DNA of 64,000 bases from contig CAVVTU010000003.1 of the NCBI GenBank assembly GCA_963751265.1, positions 492,156-556,155 of the forward strand, in the 5' to 3' direction. Numbering within the stretch: the stretch's first letter is position 1; each line of letters opens with the position of its first letter. Under the pieces are notes generated by a model. It saw only the letters and a program-made list of their open reading frames with translations, did not search any database and was not told where the DNA came from. Origin of the DNA: an uncultured Gemmatimonadales bacterium (lineage in GTDB: Bacteria; Gemmatimonadota; Gemmatimonadetes; Longimicrobiales; Gaopeijiaceae). The position numbers were made by a program, and so were the translations under genes. Below are positions 42,039-50,906 of this stretch, piece after piece.

Positions 42039-42491
42039 GGTACGCTCTCCTGCATCGGGTCAGGACCAGCGCCTGACCTCCACACCGCCAGCGTACCGGG
42101 CGTTGTTCGTTTCTCCGGAAATCCACAGAGAGATGGGTGCAGGAGAGGCTCAGGGCGGGGAGGCCCATCCTGACGGGTGTACGGGGTGGAACGCAGTCGC
42201 CAGGGCGGCCAACCCGTGGAGACGTGGCCAGTCGCTGGATTCAAGTGCGAAGGCCGCGAAGGACGCGCAGGATTGAGAGCAGCGGCCCCCGGAGTCGGCG
42301 GAACACTACCACCTAGGTTACTGAGGACTGGCCTCGTCGCTGAAAGGAGCCTCGAGCACCTCTGGACGCCGCATCATTCCAGACTGTGGGACTACGTGGA
42401 CGACCGAGCGTGGTGAGGGAAGGGAGGATCCAGAGGCGCGCGCCGACGGTCCTTGGATCGAGTGGGGAGCCCCGGGGGGCGGTCGATCGCC

Positions 42492-43328
42492 CTATCTACC
42501 GGGAGTCAACATCGACCACAAAGCGAGAATGAATCGGATGATGCGATCGAAGAGCCGTAGCCAGATTCTCACGGGTCGGGGTTCAACGCTGTCTGGGGGC
42601 GCCGCGAACTTCTTCAGAAGGTCAGCGGCGGCGATGTCGTCCTCCTCGGCCGCGAGCCGCATCGCTTTTCGAACGGGCAGCCGGCGGATGGCGTCAGCGT
42701 CCACTCCCACCATCGCGGCAAGGGACTCAATGCGTTCGCGCGAGAGGTTCTCTCCTACGGTCATCAAGTTGTGCGCCGTGCCGACACTGACGCCCGCGAC
42801 GTCTGCCAACCAGCGCCTGGTGGGCTGGATGCCCCGCGTTCGGGCCTCCTCCACGATCTCGCGAGTCTGCTCCCCGCGTTCAACGATTGAACGCTCTGAC
42901 CGGCAGCTGTCCTCGTTGAACGCCTTCAACAACCAGTCGAGCCGGTCTCCGGTGAGCACTCGCACCGGCAAAGGCCGTCCAGCTGCCCGAGCTGCCAGGA
43001 CTCTGCGCCGACCAGCGACGACGGTCAGACGGCCGTCGGTCTCCTGGCCAACCAGCACTGGTACCAACACGCCGTGCCGGAGAACGGATCTGGCCAACTC
43101 CTCGCTGGCGTTGCTGGTGGCCGACTGCCCTACCAGAACCGTCTCGGGCGAGACGGTCCTGAACTCGGCGTTGTCTCGCGGCTTCATATGTTGAGACATG
43201 GTGGACATCCCTGGATTGAGGTGGCGCTCAGTCATCGTACTTGGCGCGCCTGGCCGGACGGAAACGGGTCGCCGTTCGATACCGGATACCTGCCGCCGTT
43301 TTACCTGCGGGACCCAGGCAACTGGCAC
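42492..43328 (-). CDS. ParB-like N-terminal nuclease/partition domain protein with HTH
   Basis: LARSVLRHGVLVPVLVGQETDGRLTVVAGRRRVLAARAAGRPLPVRVL is a ParB box, followed by RRWLADVAGVSVGTAHNLM (HTH). The start is uncertain, with alternatives at 43208 and 43199. Confidence 0.65.
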   Translation of the reverse strand: MPVAWVPQVKRRQVSGIERRPVSVRPGAPSTMTERHLNPGMSTMSQHMKPRDNAEFRTVSPETVLVGQSATSNASEELARSVLRHGVLVPVLVGQETDGRLTVVAGRRRVLAARAAGRPLPVRVLTGDRLDWLLKAFNEDSCRSERSIVERGEQTREIVEEARTRGIQPTRRWLADVAGVSVGTAHNLMTVGENLSRERIESLAAMVGVDADAIRRLPVRKAMRLAAEEDDIAAADLLKKFAAPPDSVEPRPVRIWLRLFDRIIRFILALWSMLTPGR

Positions 43329-43367
43329 TCTGCTCCCGGGTCCCGCATGCAGGGTGTTCTGGGCGAC

Positions 43368-43706
43368 CTACTCGCCGTACGCGATTGCCGCGCCCCTGAC
43401 GTACCCGGTCAATTCCTCATCCGAGAAGTCTTCGATGGCCGCCATGAGCCCGTCGAGGTCGTCGCGATCGTAGTGGGCGAAGTCCCACTGCACCCGGCAC
43501 CAATTGACGATCATGAATCGGAGCGTGCGGGGGCCGGGGCCCTTCGCGCTGAGGACCCCGTGCCCCTTCTCGGTCGCAATCCGGACGGGCAACAACGCGA
43601 GATCGACCAGGGTCCGGGTGACGGCCTCATCGAGAGGGGTAGTGGGAGGGAGGAGGGCGAGAGGGGCGACCGCTGCGGCACTCATCTTCCATGCGGGCGT
43701 GGCCAT
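43368..43706 (-). CDS. Hypothetical protein, paralog B of the island-specific family
   Basis: The ATG at 43706 is preceded by AAGAAAGAGG. 113 aa. The C-terminus is DLDGLMAAIEDFSDEELTGYVRGAAIAYGE. Confidence 0.55.
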   Translation of the reverse strand: MATPAWKMSAAAVAPLALLPPTTPLDEAVTRTLVDLALLPVRIATEKGHGVLSAKGPGPRTLRFMIVNWCRVQWDFAHYDRDDLDGLMAAIEDFSDEELTGYVRGAAIAYGE

Positions 43707-43968
43707 GGTTGAAACCTCTTTCTTGACGTTGGACTGAGAACGGCGTGTGAGCCGTCCGCGATCCACGTCACCCTACCCGACGGCCAGGCGATCTCCAGAA
43801 ATCCGGCGGCGGTGAGCAAACGCCGCCGCTCATCACATCGGCGGCTGGAATCGTGAATGACCGCTGCGCCAAGCCCGGGAGGTGTGAGGTCCTCCACTGC
43901 CGGTCAGGCAGGTGATTACATGGCCAAAGTTCGCCCCCAGGAGGTGCCGGCCATGAGCACACGGTAAG

Positions 43969-44472
43969 CTAGGTCGAGCCGCCAGCTGCCTCGGCCTTCG
44001 GCTTGTTCGGCCGAGCGTCATCCCACGCCTTGGCGCGTTCCACAAGTCCGGTCACCTCGGCATCAACCAGCTTCAACGCTTGTTCCATGAACCTCTTGGT
44101 CGGACGCACAAGGCCCCATGACTCCTCGAGTCTGCCGGCCGCGACCATCGCATCGAGGACGCTACGCGTCCCCGACGACATGTTGGAGAGGTGGCCATTG
44201 GTGTGCGCGAATGCATTCCGGACGAGGTCGATCTCCCGCAGCTGTCCAGGGGCGTCAGACGATGTGAAGAGTTCGAACTTGAGGACTTCGGGGAAGTACT
44301 TCCGAGCCCGCTCGAACGTGGTGCGGCCCCTAAGATCAGAGAGGGCCAGAGTGGCAGGAATCCTCTTCCGAAGGAACTCTGCTACTTCTTGCAGAGATGA
44401 TTCGTAGGCGCCCCAAACGAGGGGGAGCACCGCACCGCGATAGACTCGGGAGAGGTGTGCTCCACTTCCCAC
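43969..44472 (-). CDS. HEPN-motif (R-x4-H) protein, candidate toxin/effector
   Basis: 167 aa, predicted all-helical. It contains ...QLREIDLVRNAFAHTNGHL..., which is the R-x4-H HEPN signature in its usual context. The GTG start comes directly after the TGA of the upstream ORF, in the same frame. Confidence 0.55.
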   Translation of the reverse strand: MGSGAHLSRVYRGAVLPLVWGAYESSLQEVAEFLRKRIPATLALSDLRGRTTFERARKYFPEVLKFELFTSSDAPGQLREIDLVRNAFAHTNGHLSNMSSGTRSVLDAMVAAGRLEESWGLVRPTKRFMEQALKLVDAEVTGLVERAKAWDDARPNKPKAEAAGGST

Positions 44473-44886
44473 TCAAGTTCCTGGTACGCCAGCCTCCTCG
44501 CCCATCTCGTCGTCGGTCAGGTCAGGCAGCGGCACAAGCTCGCCTCGCTCGACGCGGCGGGCCCTCCAGGCTATACCGGTCTCCCGAATGATGTCATCCC
44601 GTTCCTGCGTGCCGAGCACCCCCGCGAAGGGCGTTGACTGCCGCAAGCTTCGACCCACTTCATCGTCAGCGGTGATGGCCGCGGCGATTCTCTCAGCAGG
44701 CCAATCCTCAAGGACGACACTCCACCGCTCGTAGTACGGCTGCACCCCAGCCGACTGCCCGCGGCGCAGGTTGTCGCGTGCGACCACGAGCACGTGCTCC
44801 GGATCCACCAGCAGGCGCTCCGCGATGATCCTATGCAACGCGAGTTTCTCGAAATCGCGAAGTCGGTGGATTCCACCCTCACTCAT
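44473..44886 (-). CDS. Hypothetical protein, candidate partner/antitoxin of the HEPN ORF
   Basis: The ATG at 44886 has GGACGGAGG upstream (alternative ATG at 44952). 137 aa: ...ARDNLRRGQS...ERWSVVLEDW...SLRQSTPFAGVLGTQERDDII... From memory it resembles domains seen in AbiEi-type antitoxins; this is unverified. Confidence 0.45.
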   Translation of the reverse strand: MSEGGIHRLRDFEKLALHRIIAERLLVDPEHVLVVARDNLRRGQSAGVQPYYERWSVVLEDWPAERIAAAITADDEVGRSLRQSTPFAGVLGTQERDDIIRETGIAWRARRVERGELVPLPDLTDDEMGEEAGVPGT

Positions 44887-45227
44887 CTGGTCAGGCCTCC
44901 GTCCTGAAACCGTGGGATCCCCCCTCGCCTTACGATTCTCGTGGTTGTCCACTTCCTCCCAGGAGGTGTGTCCCGGGAGCGTGCGGATCGCCGTGGGTGG
45001 TTGCCGACGACAATGGCTGGATCAGCCCGATCCGACACGCAAGACGGGAACGGAGCCGACGCCCTTCTCTATTGTTCGTGCCGGAACGGCCTAACCGGTC
45101 GGACAGGTACCCCACACGGGGCGAGCGAGGATGAAGCTTGCGAGAATGCGCGTCCTGCTCGTATGCTGCCCGTAGTTTCTCTACCACGACGCGCGCTGGA
45201 GCCCTGCCCGTGAGAAACGCCCGCGCC

Positions 45228-46556
45228 ATGCCGAGCCTCGCCTCGGTCAGAAGAGCACTAGGTATTCTGGGTGCCGTGGGCCTTCTGAATGCAGTTTCCT
45301 GCAGGCCCTCGGCCGCACAGGAGCCCGCCAGTGGTCAGGGCTGCGGCTCCCGCGGAGAACAATGCTCGTGTCCGGTCTACGAGTGGCAGTGGGGCGTTAC
45401 CTACTACAGGTCTTGGCAGGATGTCCATCCCCCATCGTCCGGGCCACTGCTCGTACCTTGCCGAGACCGAGCGGACTGCAATCGGGACCTTGGGGAGTCC
45501 AGAGAGATCCATACCAAGCTCCTTGAGCGCGCTCGCGGAGACCTCGCTTGGACTCAGAAATGCTTGGTGGACGAGAGCTGTGGCTTCAGGAGCGCTTACT
45601 TCCTCGATGAGCTCCGCAATAGCGTGAGCGTGTTGCAGCGCGAAATAAGAGCAGAATCATCCACGCTTGCGAGCTTCATCGGCCCACACTGCGCATCGCG
45701 CTCGGTCTCGCGAGATCGACGTGCCCACAACGTACTGCGAAACGAGGCTACAAAGGCCGCCTTCGGGGCGCTCGCGCGATCGAATCTCGCGAGCATTGAT
45801 GCCTCGCTGACGCTCAGGATCGGCAACTTGATGAAGGCAGACCGAGTTGGGCGTGCGGCTCCGACCGGCGGCGTCGTGCGGGAATACCAACAGGCCCTCG
45901 TGAGAGGCGTGCGACAGGCCCGAGTCACTAGAGAGAGACTCAACGCCACGCTCGAAGCCGCTCTGGGTGGCCGGGACGACGGCTGGATCGATCGGGTTGA
46001 GACGGCGTTGGGAGCGTTCCAGCAGGAACTAGCTACGGGAAGCGCGATCTCGTCCGAGATCAATGACTTGGCGGGGTTGATCCCGGAAGGCACAGTCAGC
46101 CCGCAAGGAGGTGGTGGGAGGGGTGGCGAGATCGACAGAGGAGCTCGTGAGCTCTTTAGGGATGGGCCGTGGACGCTGTCCATACAGGGCACGGATCTGG
46201 TATGGAGGGAAACGATCGGTGGCACCACTACTGAGGAGAGGGACCAGGGCCGCCGGATGCCAGTCACGGCGGTTGAGATCTACTTAGTAGCGTTCCGTAG
46301 GGGGGTGGAGGCGCACTACTTCTGCTCGGCCAACTGCACTTGGGTCGACTACCTGACAGGAGAACGGGGCACGGCCACGGGAGCAATGCAGACCTTCGAT
46401 CACGCAGATCAGCAACGCTTCGCTGTAGCACTCCGTAGCGTGGGCTTTACATGCGCTTCGATCCGGTACGAAGAGACCTCCCCGGAGTTCAAGCGGCAAA
46501 TGTACCTGCGCCGGCCCCTGATGGAGGACCTGACCAAATGTACCGTGGGCAACTAG
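45228..46556 (+). CDS. Hypothetical secreted Cys-containing protein
   Basis: The start was chosen at MPSLASVRRALGILGAVGLLNAVSC (signal/lipobox). 442 aa, no recognisable domain, in a lower-GC stretch. Confidence 0.5.
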   Translation: MPSLASVRRALGILGAVGLLNAVSCRPSAAQEPASGQGCGSRGEQCSCPVYEWQWGVTYYRSWQDVHPPSSGPLLVPCRDRADCNRDLGESREIHTKLLERARGDLAWTQKCLVDESCGFRSAYFLDELRNSVSVLQREIRAESSTLASFIGPHCASRSVSRDRRAHNVLRNEATKAAFGALARSNLASIDASLTLRIGNLMKADRVGRAAPTGGVVREYQQALVRGVRQARVTRERLNATLEAALGGRDDGWIDRVETALGAFQQELATGSAISSEINDLAGLIPEGTVSPQGGGGRGGEIDRGARELFRDGPWTLSIQGTDLVWRETIGGTTTEERDQGRRMPVTAVEIYLVAFRRGVEAHYFCSANCTWVDYLTGERGTATGAMQTFDHADQQRFAVALRSVGFTCASIRYEETSPEFKRQMYLRRPLMEDLTKCTVGN

Positions 46557-47389
46557 TCGGATATGGTCTCAAAGAAGGCAGAATAGTCAGTTCCGCGGAT
46601 GGGACAGTGGGGACGCGCCGTCGGGTGGCGTGGGCTGGCCTATGGCTGGCAACCACCATCGGGATGAGTCCTCTGACCGTGTCAGCGCAGAGCAGCGAAT
46701 GTGGTTCAGCCGAGGTCAGGCGTTCCGAAACCACCGGAAATGTTCCCGAACAGTGGCGCAGGAATGCCGAGGCGCGACTGCGCTGCTTGGGATACTCTCC
46801 GCGTGAAATCGAACTCGCTTGGCGTCATGGGAATGAAGAGAATGCAGGGGATGTCCTTGCTCGGGGCACCACGACCACCCGAAGTCTGACCGAAGTGGAC
46901 TACTTCGCTCTGACAGCCAACAGGCCCCTACAGGCCCTAACCCCACCCGAGGCGTGTTACGGAACCGTTGACGGGGGTACTAAGTGCCTCGGTTCATACA
47001 GTCAGTATTTGAGTGTTCAACAGGGTGGTATCCTGAGGTGGCGCCAAGAAGCCCGCACCGATTTCGGGGATTGGTTGAGGGTGGAATACTCGTTCAGCCT
47101 CTGGTCTGTGGGAGCCGAGGTACTGACGGTTTCCGGGAGTCCTGACACCGCCGGGCCGGATGGCGTCCCGCTGAGAGGCGTATACGCTCAGTGTTTGCCC
47201 GCAAGTGGCGAGTGTGTAAGGGCCGAGGTATTGACGGATCCGTCCCTCCCCCCACTCACCGACAGCAACGCCTCACTCGGCCTCATTCTGTCGGATCCCG
47301 AATTGATCGGCGAGTTCAAGGAAGGGCTTCGGAGGCTGCGTGCGGCCGCGCTCCAAGACTCACTGTACGCTCCGCCTCGGCGACGCTAG
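46538..47389 (+). CDS. Hypothetical secreted protein
   Basis: The ORF has the internal signal-like segment VAWAGLWLATTIGMSPLTVSAQS. The start is uncertain: 46538, or a GTG further downstream. No domain recognised. Confidence 0.4.
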   Translation: MYRGQLVGYGLKEGRIVSSADGTVGTRRRVAWAGLWLATTIGMSPLTVSAQSSECGSAEVRRSETTGNVPEQWRRNAEARLRCLGYSPREIELAWRHGNEENAGDVLARGTTTTRSLTEVDYFALTANRPLQALTPPEACYGTVDGGTKCLGSYSQYLSVQQGGILRWRQEARTDFGDWLRVEYSFSLWSVGAEVLTVSGSPDTAGPDGVPLRGVYAQCLPASGECVRAEVLTDPSLPPLTDSNASLGLILSDPELIGEFKEGLRRLRAAALQDSLYAPPRRR

Positions 47390-47775
47390 GCCATCTCTCT
47401 CCCGAGCAGCTGCTAACGACTCTCCGGTTCAATCGGGGCACCAACATGCCGACCGAACCAGTCGGCCCGTGAGGCGTTGGTTCGTATCCTCGACACTCTT
47501 GTGAACGCGGGTAGCGATGGGGCTCGCCGACTTGGCTATGGGCTGGCGAGCATACTCCGGTAGTGGTGCCACCCCTTGGTAGGTAGGTGGGTAGGTTCAA
47601 CTCCGGATCAGTGCCGAAGAGTCGAGATCCGAGTCCGGACCGGAACTGGTCCTGCAGCCTGAACTTCCTCACTTCTGCCGGAATCGGCTCTCCGTGGGCC
47701 AGGCTTTGGGAGCAGGGGGTCCCCTCGACTCCCTCCCCAGGATCTTATGCGCCATGTGTCGGCGACGCCTCCTGA

Positions 47776-48408
47776 CTAGTTGTTAGGGGACAGCAGCCTT
47801 GGAGAGGGACTCCACCACGGGGAAGGCGACCCACGTTCGGGCGTCCCATCGGTCCCTGTTGCGAGGACTACCCTGCCTGCCCCTTCACCTGGCGGACACG
47901 CTGGGGCACTTGAAACCAACAGCGCTCCACCATCTGTAGTTCGCCGGCACGGCTCAGTTCCGATGCAAACTGGCAATGAGAGTAGTTCGAGTTGGGAGGA
48001 GGCGTCGGCACGTGCTCAACCGAAGGCTCGGCGGAACGAACCATCAGCGCCAAAGAGCCGGATCTGGTTAGATCCGCCATCCGCCACGACAAGCGTTCCA
48101 TCGGCCAGTCGACTCGCAGCCCGGATCAGGTCAAAGGTCACCCGAGGATCACCAGCCGCCTGCCCCAAAGTGAGGCTCTTGGAGGATGCCTCTGCCCAGA
48201 CCGTGCTGCCCCTAGCCTCCGGGTTCCTGACGATCTCAAGGCCGGCGCTGTCGACCACCGTCACGACGTTGGGTGGGCTCTTGGCTCGGCAGCCCATCAC
48301 GGTCAATGACACGAGAACCGGTACCACGGTGCGGAAGCGCACCCTGTCTCTCCGCGCCGTCCCACACCGACGCCAGTAGGGCATCAACGAGAAGCCCAGG
48401 ACCCGCAC
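47776..48408 (-). pseudogene. Truncated paralog of the 6-bladed beta-propeller lipoprotein family (in-frame TGA at 48016-48018, C-terminal half missing)
   Basis: The N-terminus VPVLVSLTVMGC is a lipobox, and ...LADGTLVVADGGSNQIRLFGADGSFRRAFG aligns with RLSDGSIVVANCESGEIRYFDARGRFMQSVG of the neighbouring intact gene. The two track ORFs 48016..48408 and 47776..47976 are in the same frame. Confidence 0.5.
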
Positions 48409-49649
48409 ACCGGAGTGTTCACCGGAGCCGCGTCTCTTGGTGGCAAGGGGCTTCGTGATATGGGTCCCTCGACCAATCGTCGCACCTCGATCCGCTCCAC
48501 GTTCAGGTCATCATAGGACACCCCCAGAATCGAGTGCCGAAGAAACGCGAACGGGAAGAACCGACGGGGAAGCCCGGCCCGCGCGACTGGTTCGCCGTGC
48601 GAATAGGCAGTCCAAACCAACGGGTACTCGTCTGGGCGGAACGGGTCTTGCACCCAGAGGAGACTGTCCGCACCCGCCACGATGTCACCGAAGGCGGGTG
48701 CCATGTTGGGGTAGACTCCTACATCTGTTACGCCGATCCCTCCCCGCGGCCTATCAAGTCGTTCGTCCAGCATGTGCTGGTAAGCCTTCCTTACCTGATC
48801 TGTAACAGCCTCAGCCCGCGTGATGGTGCGGATGGTCGCCACGCGCTCCAGGCCCGCACCGAACTCGGTGATGCCGGTGCTGTCCTGGCCGCCGTAGTAC
48901 ACACTGTTGGCGGAGACGCCGAAGACCGCCTGTCGTGCAAAGTCCAGAAGGAGGTAGGGGCCTTGTGGATGCGGCGGAGCCAGCATGTCGGCTCCGGGCA
49001 GATCGACGACCGAGTCTATTGTGCGGCCATCATTGTCAAGGAGCTTCAGCGAAACGCTCACGCGGTACGGTGTGCCGGCCTTGGTCGTGGTGAGGTAGTG
49101 ATACGACCGTGCCACAAAGCGGCCATCGGCCAACCGGCCCAGCACGTCGGGCGCATCCTGTGTGAAAGGTCCCAACGAGATCATCCGGGACAGATTGCCG
49201 TCCGGGCCGAAGATGGTGATCCGGGTCTGGAACGGATCGAAAGCACCGACGGAGTCTCCCCCAACAGGGAAGATCCGGCGCAGCCACTCGAATTCGCCCG
49301 GGCCTTTCCCTCTTCTCCCGACTGACTGCATGAAGCGGCCTCGAGCATCGAAATATCTGATTTCGCCACTCTCGCAGTTCGCGACCACTATGCTGCCATC
49401 TGACAAGCGGATCGCGCTCGTAACGCCGCTGAACTCATACGGGGTCTTGCCGGTCGTCACTCCAATCGTGACGTCGGGCGTCTCGGCCACTTTGAGCGTC
49501 GGGATTCTCGCTCCGCGATCACCGCTACCTGCTTCAGGCACGGGTATCTTCTGATCGACCCCCGCTCCACCACTCGAGTCGGCGGCCCTTCGGCACCCGC
49601 CAACGAGTACGAGAGCCGCCAGAAGACATCCGTGACGCACACTCACCAT
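48384..49649 (-). CDS. 6-bladed beta-propeller (NHL-like) lipoprotein
   Basis: 421 aa. The lipobox is LVLVGGC. The repeated DG-x-hydrophobic-VV / GxGPGEF pattern (GRRGKGPGEFEWL) is typical of this family. Confidence 0.6.
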   Translation of the reverse strand: MVSVRHGCLLAALVLVGGCRRAADSSGGAGVDQKIPVPEAGSGDRGARIPTLKVAETPDVTIGVTTGKTPYEFSGVTSAIRLSDGSIVVANCESGEIRYFDARGRFMQSVGRRGKGPGEFEWLRRIFPVGGDSVGAFDPFQTRITIFGPDGNLSRMISLGPFTQDAPDVLGRLADGRFVARSYHYLTTTKAGTPYRVSVSLKLLDNDGRTIDSVVDLPGADMLAPPHPQGPYLLLDFARQAVFGVSANSVYYGGQDSTGITEFGAGLERVATIRTITRAEAVTDQVRKAYQHMLDERLDRPRGGIGVTDVGVYPNMAPAFGDIVAGADSLLWVQDPFRPDEYPLVWTAYSHGEPVARAGLPRRFFPFAFLRHSILGVSYDDLNVERIEVRRLVEGPISRSPLPPRDAAPVNTPVCGSWASR

Positions 49650-49944
49650 TGCCTCCCGACTCGATGGGGAGCTTCTTCATGGCCTTCAGAAACGCCAACA
49701 TCCTCTCATGCACATCGAGACCAGATCCCGACTCTATCGGCCCCGCTGCCACTGCTCAGGGCGCTTGCAATTAACGTTCGTAGAGTTCCGACGCCGGCGC
49801 CCTCACGCCAAGGGAGAAGCTGTGTCGTATAAGCTATCTAACGCCGCTTCCCCCCTCCACAAATGGGACATTTTCGCCCGGCGTTGACACGCGGGGCTTT
49901 CTGAGAACTCTTTTCAGATGGCCGGCGGTTCGCGGACGCCCCTC

Positions 49945-50653
49945 TCATCCGTGACGCCTGACTCGGTAGACGATGACATCCTCCACACCCTGGTCGTCTC
50001 GGACTCTCCCGACGGCGCGGCCGTATGCCACGTCCAGGAGATCTACGCTCTTCGGCAGCTCCACGGCGCCGATGGGCCGTCCTCCGAGATCGAACACGAT
50101 CCAGGCACGCTTGAGCTCACCCCACTCGACGGCACTCCCCACCCAGACATCACCGTCGCTATCGATCAGCAGACGGTCGAATGCAGGATACGTGTCGTCG
50201 TGCGGGGCCAAGAGGAGTGCTTGTTTCAATGGCTCAGGAAGATCGCTGGAGATCTGACCCGTCCAGTCGGCCTTCCATGCCTTCAGATCACTGCTCGAGA
50301 CCCAGGCTCCTTCAAAGCGTCCGATCAATCGCAACAGAACCACACCCGTGGAATCCAGGACCGTCGCGTTCAACGAATCGGTGGATCCCAGCACAGCTCG
50401 CCCCGATCGACCGAACGCAGCCAGGTGCCGGCCGAAGCCGAGAGGAGTACTGAGCCAGCCGCCGCTGGGAAGGGTGGTGTAGCTCTGCTCGTCGGCCCCC
50501 CACCGACCGAGTGAGTCCGGCGATGCCTGACCGTCGGAATATCGAAGCAAGGGGGTCGAATCCTGCTTGATTCCGTTGGCGGATAGGAGATTGAAAGGGC
50601 CTGTTGGACCGAAGGGCACGGTAAGCTGTGGTTGCAGGAGTGGCAAGCGGTGG
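49945..50653 (-). pseudogene. C-terminal fragment of a third beta-propeller lipoprotein paralog, interrupted by IS insertion at 50654
   Basis: ...DGDVWVGSAVEWGELKRAWIVFDLGGRPIGAVELPKSVDLLDVAYGRAVGRVRDDQGVEDVIVYRV parallels the C-terminus of 48384..49649. Homology runs straight into the IS terminal repeat. Confidence 0.55.
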
Positions 50654-50906
50654 TGTTCCAAAACCCAGGCGAGGTAACGAGGAGCGAGGTGCGTCGTAGG
50701 TTGGTGCCCTGTTTCCGACGGTGGAGGAGGGTGGCAGTATTGGCGGACGACGCGAAGCGATGACCACGCCGTTTCAGATGCTCATCATGATGTTCGCGGG
50801 ATGGGTCAACGAGCATCAACGCAGCGTCATCGCCTACCTGCAGGAAGAGAACCGAGTCCTGCGGGAGCTCCATGGGAAGAAGCGGCTACGGTTCAACAAC
50901 GACCAT

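Noticed and set aside
47560-47620. A tRNA-like GGTTCAACTCC string in the non-coding stretch 47390-47775.
   Set aside because: The flanking bases do not form a T-stem (GTAGG versus CCGGA), and no acceptor, D or anticodon arms can be drawn.
47973-47983. An 11-nt identity (GTAGTTCGAGT) to the T-arm of the tRNA-Ile, considered as a possible attR.
   Set aside because: The identity stops before the T-stem 3' strand and acceptor end (TGGGAGG instead of CTACCCAGGCCCA), so it cannot be a displaced tRNA 3' end. It lies inside a pseudogene and is most likely chance.
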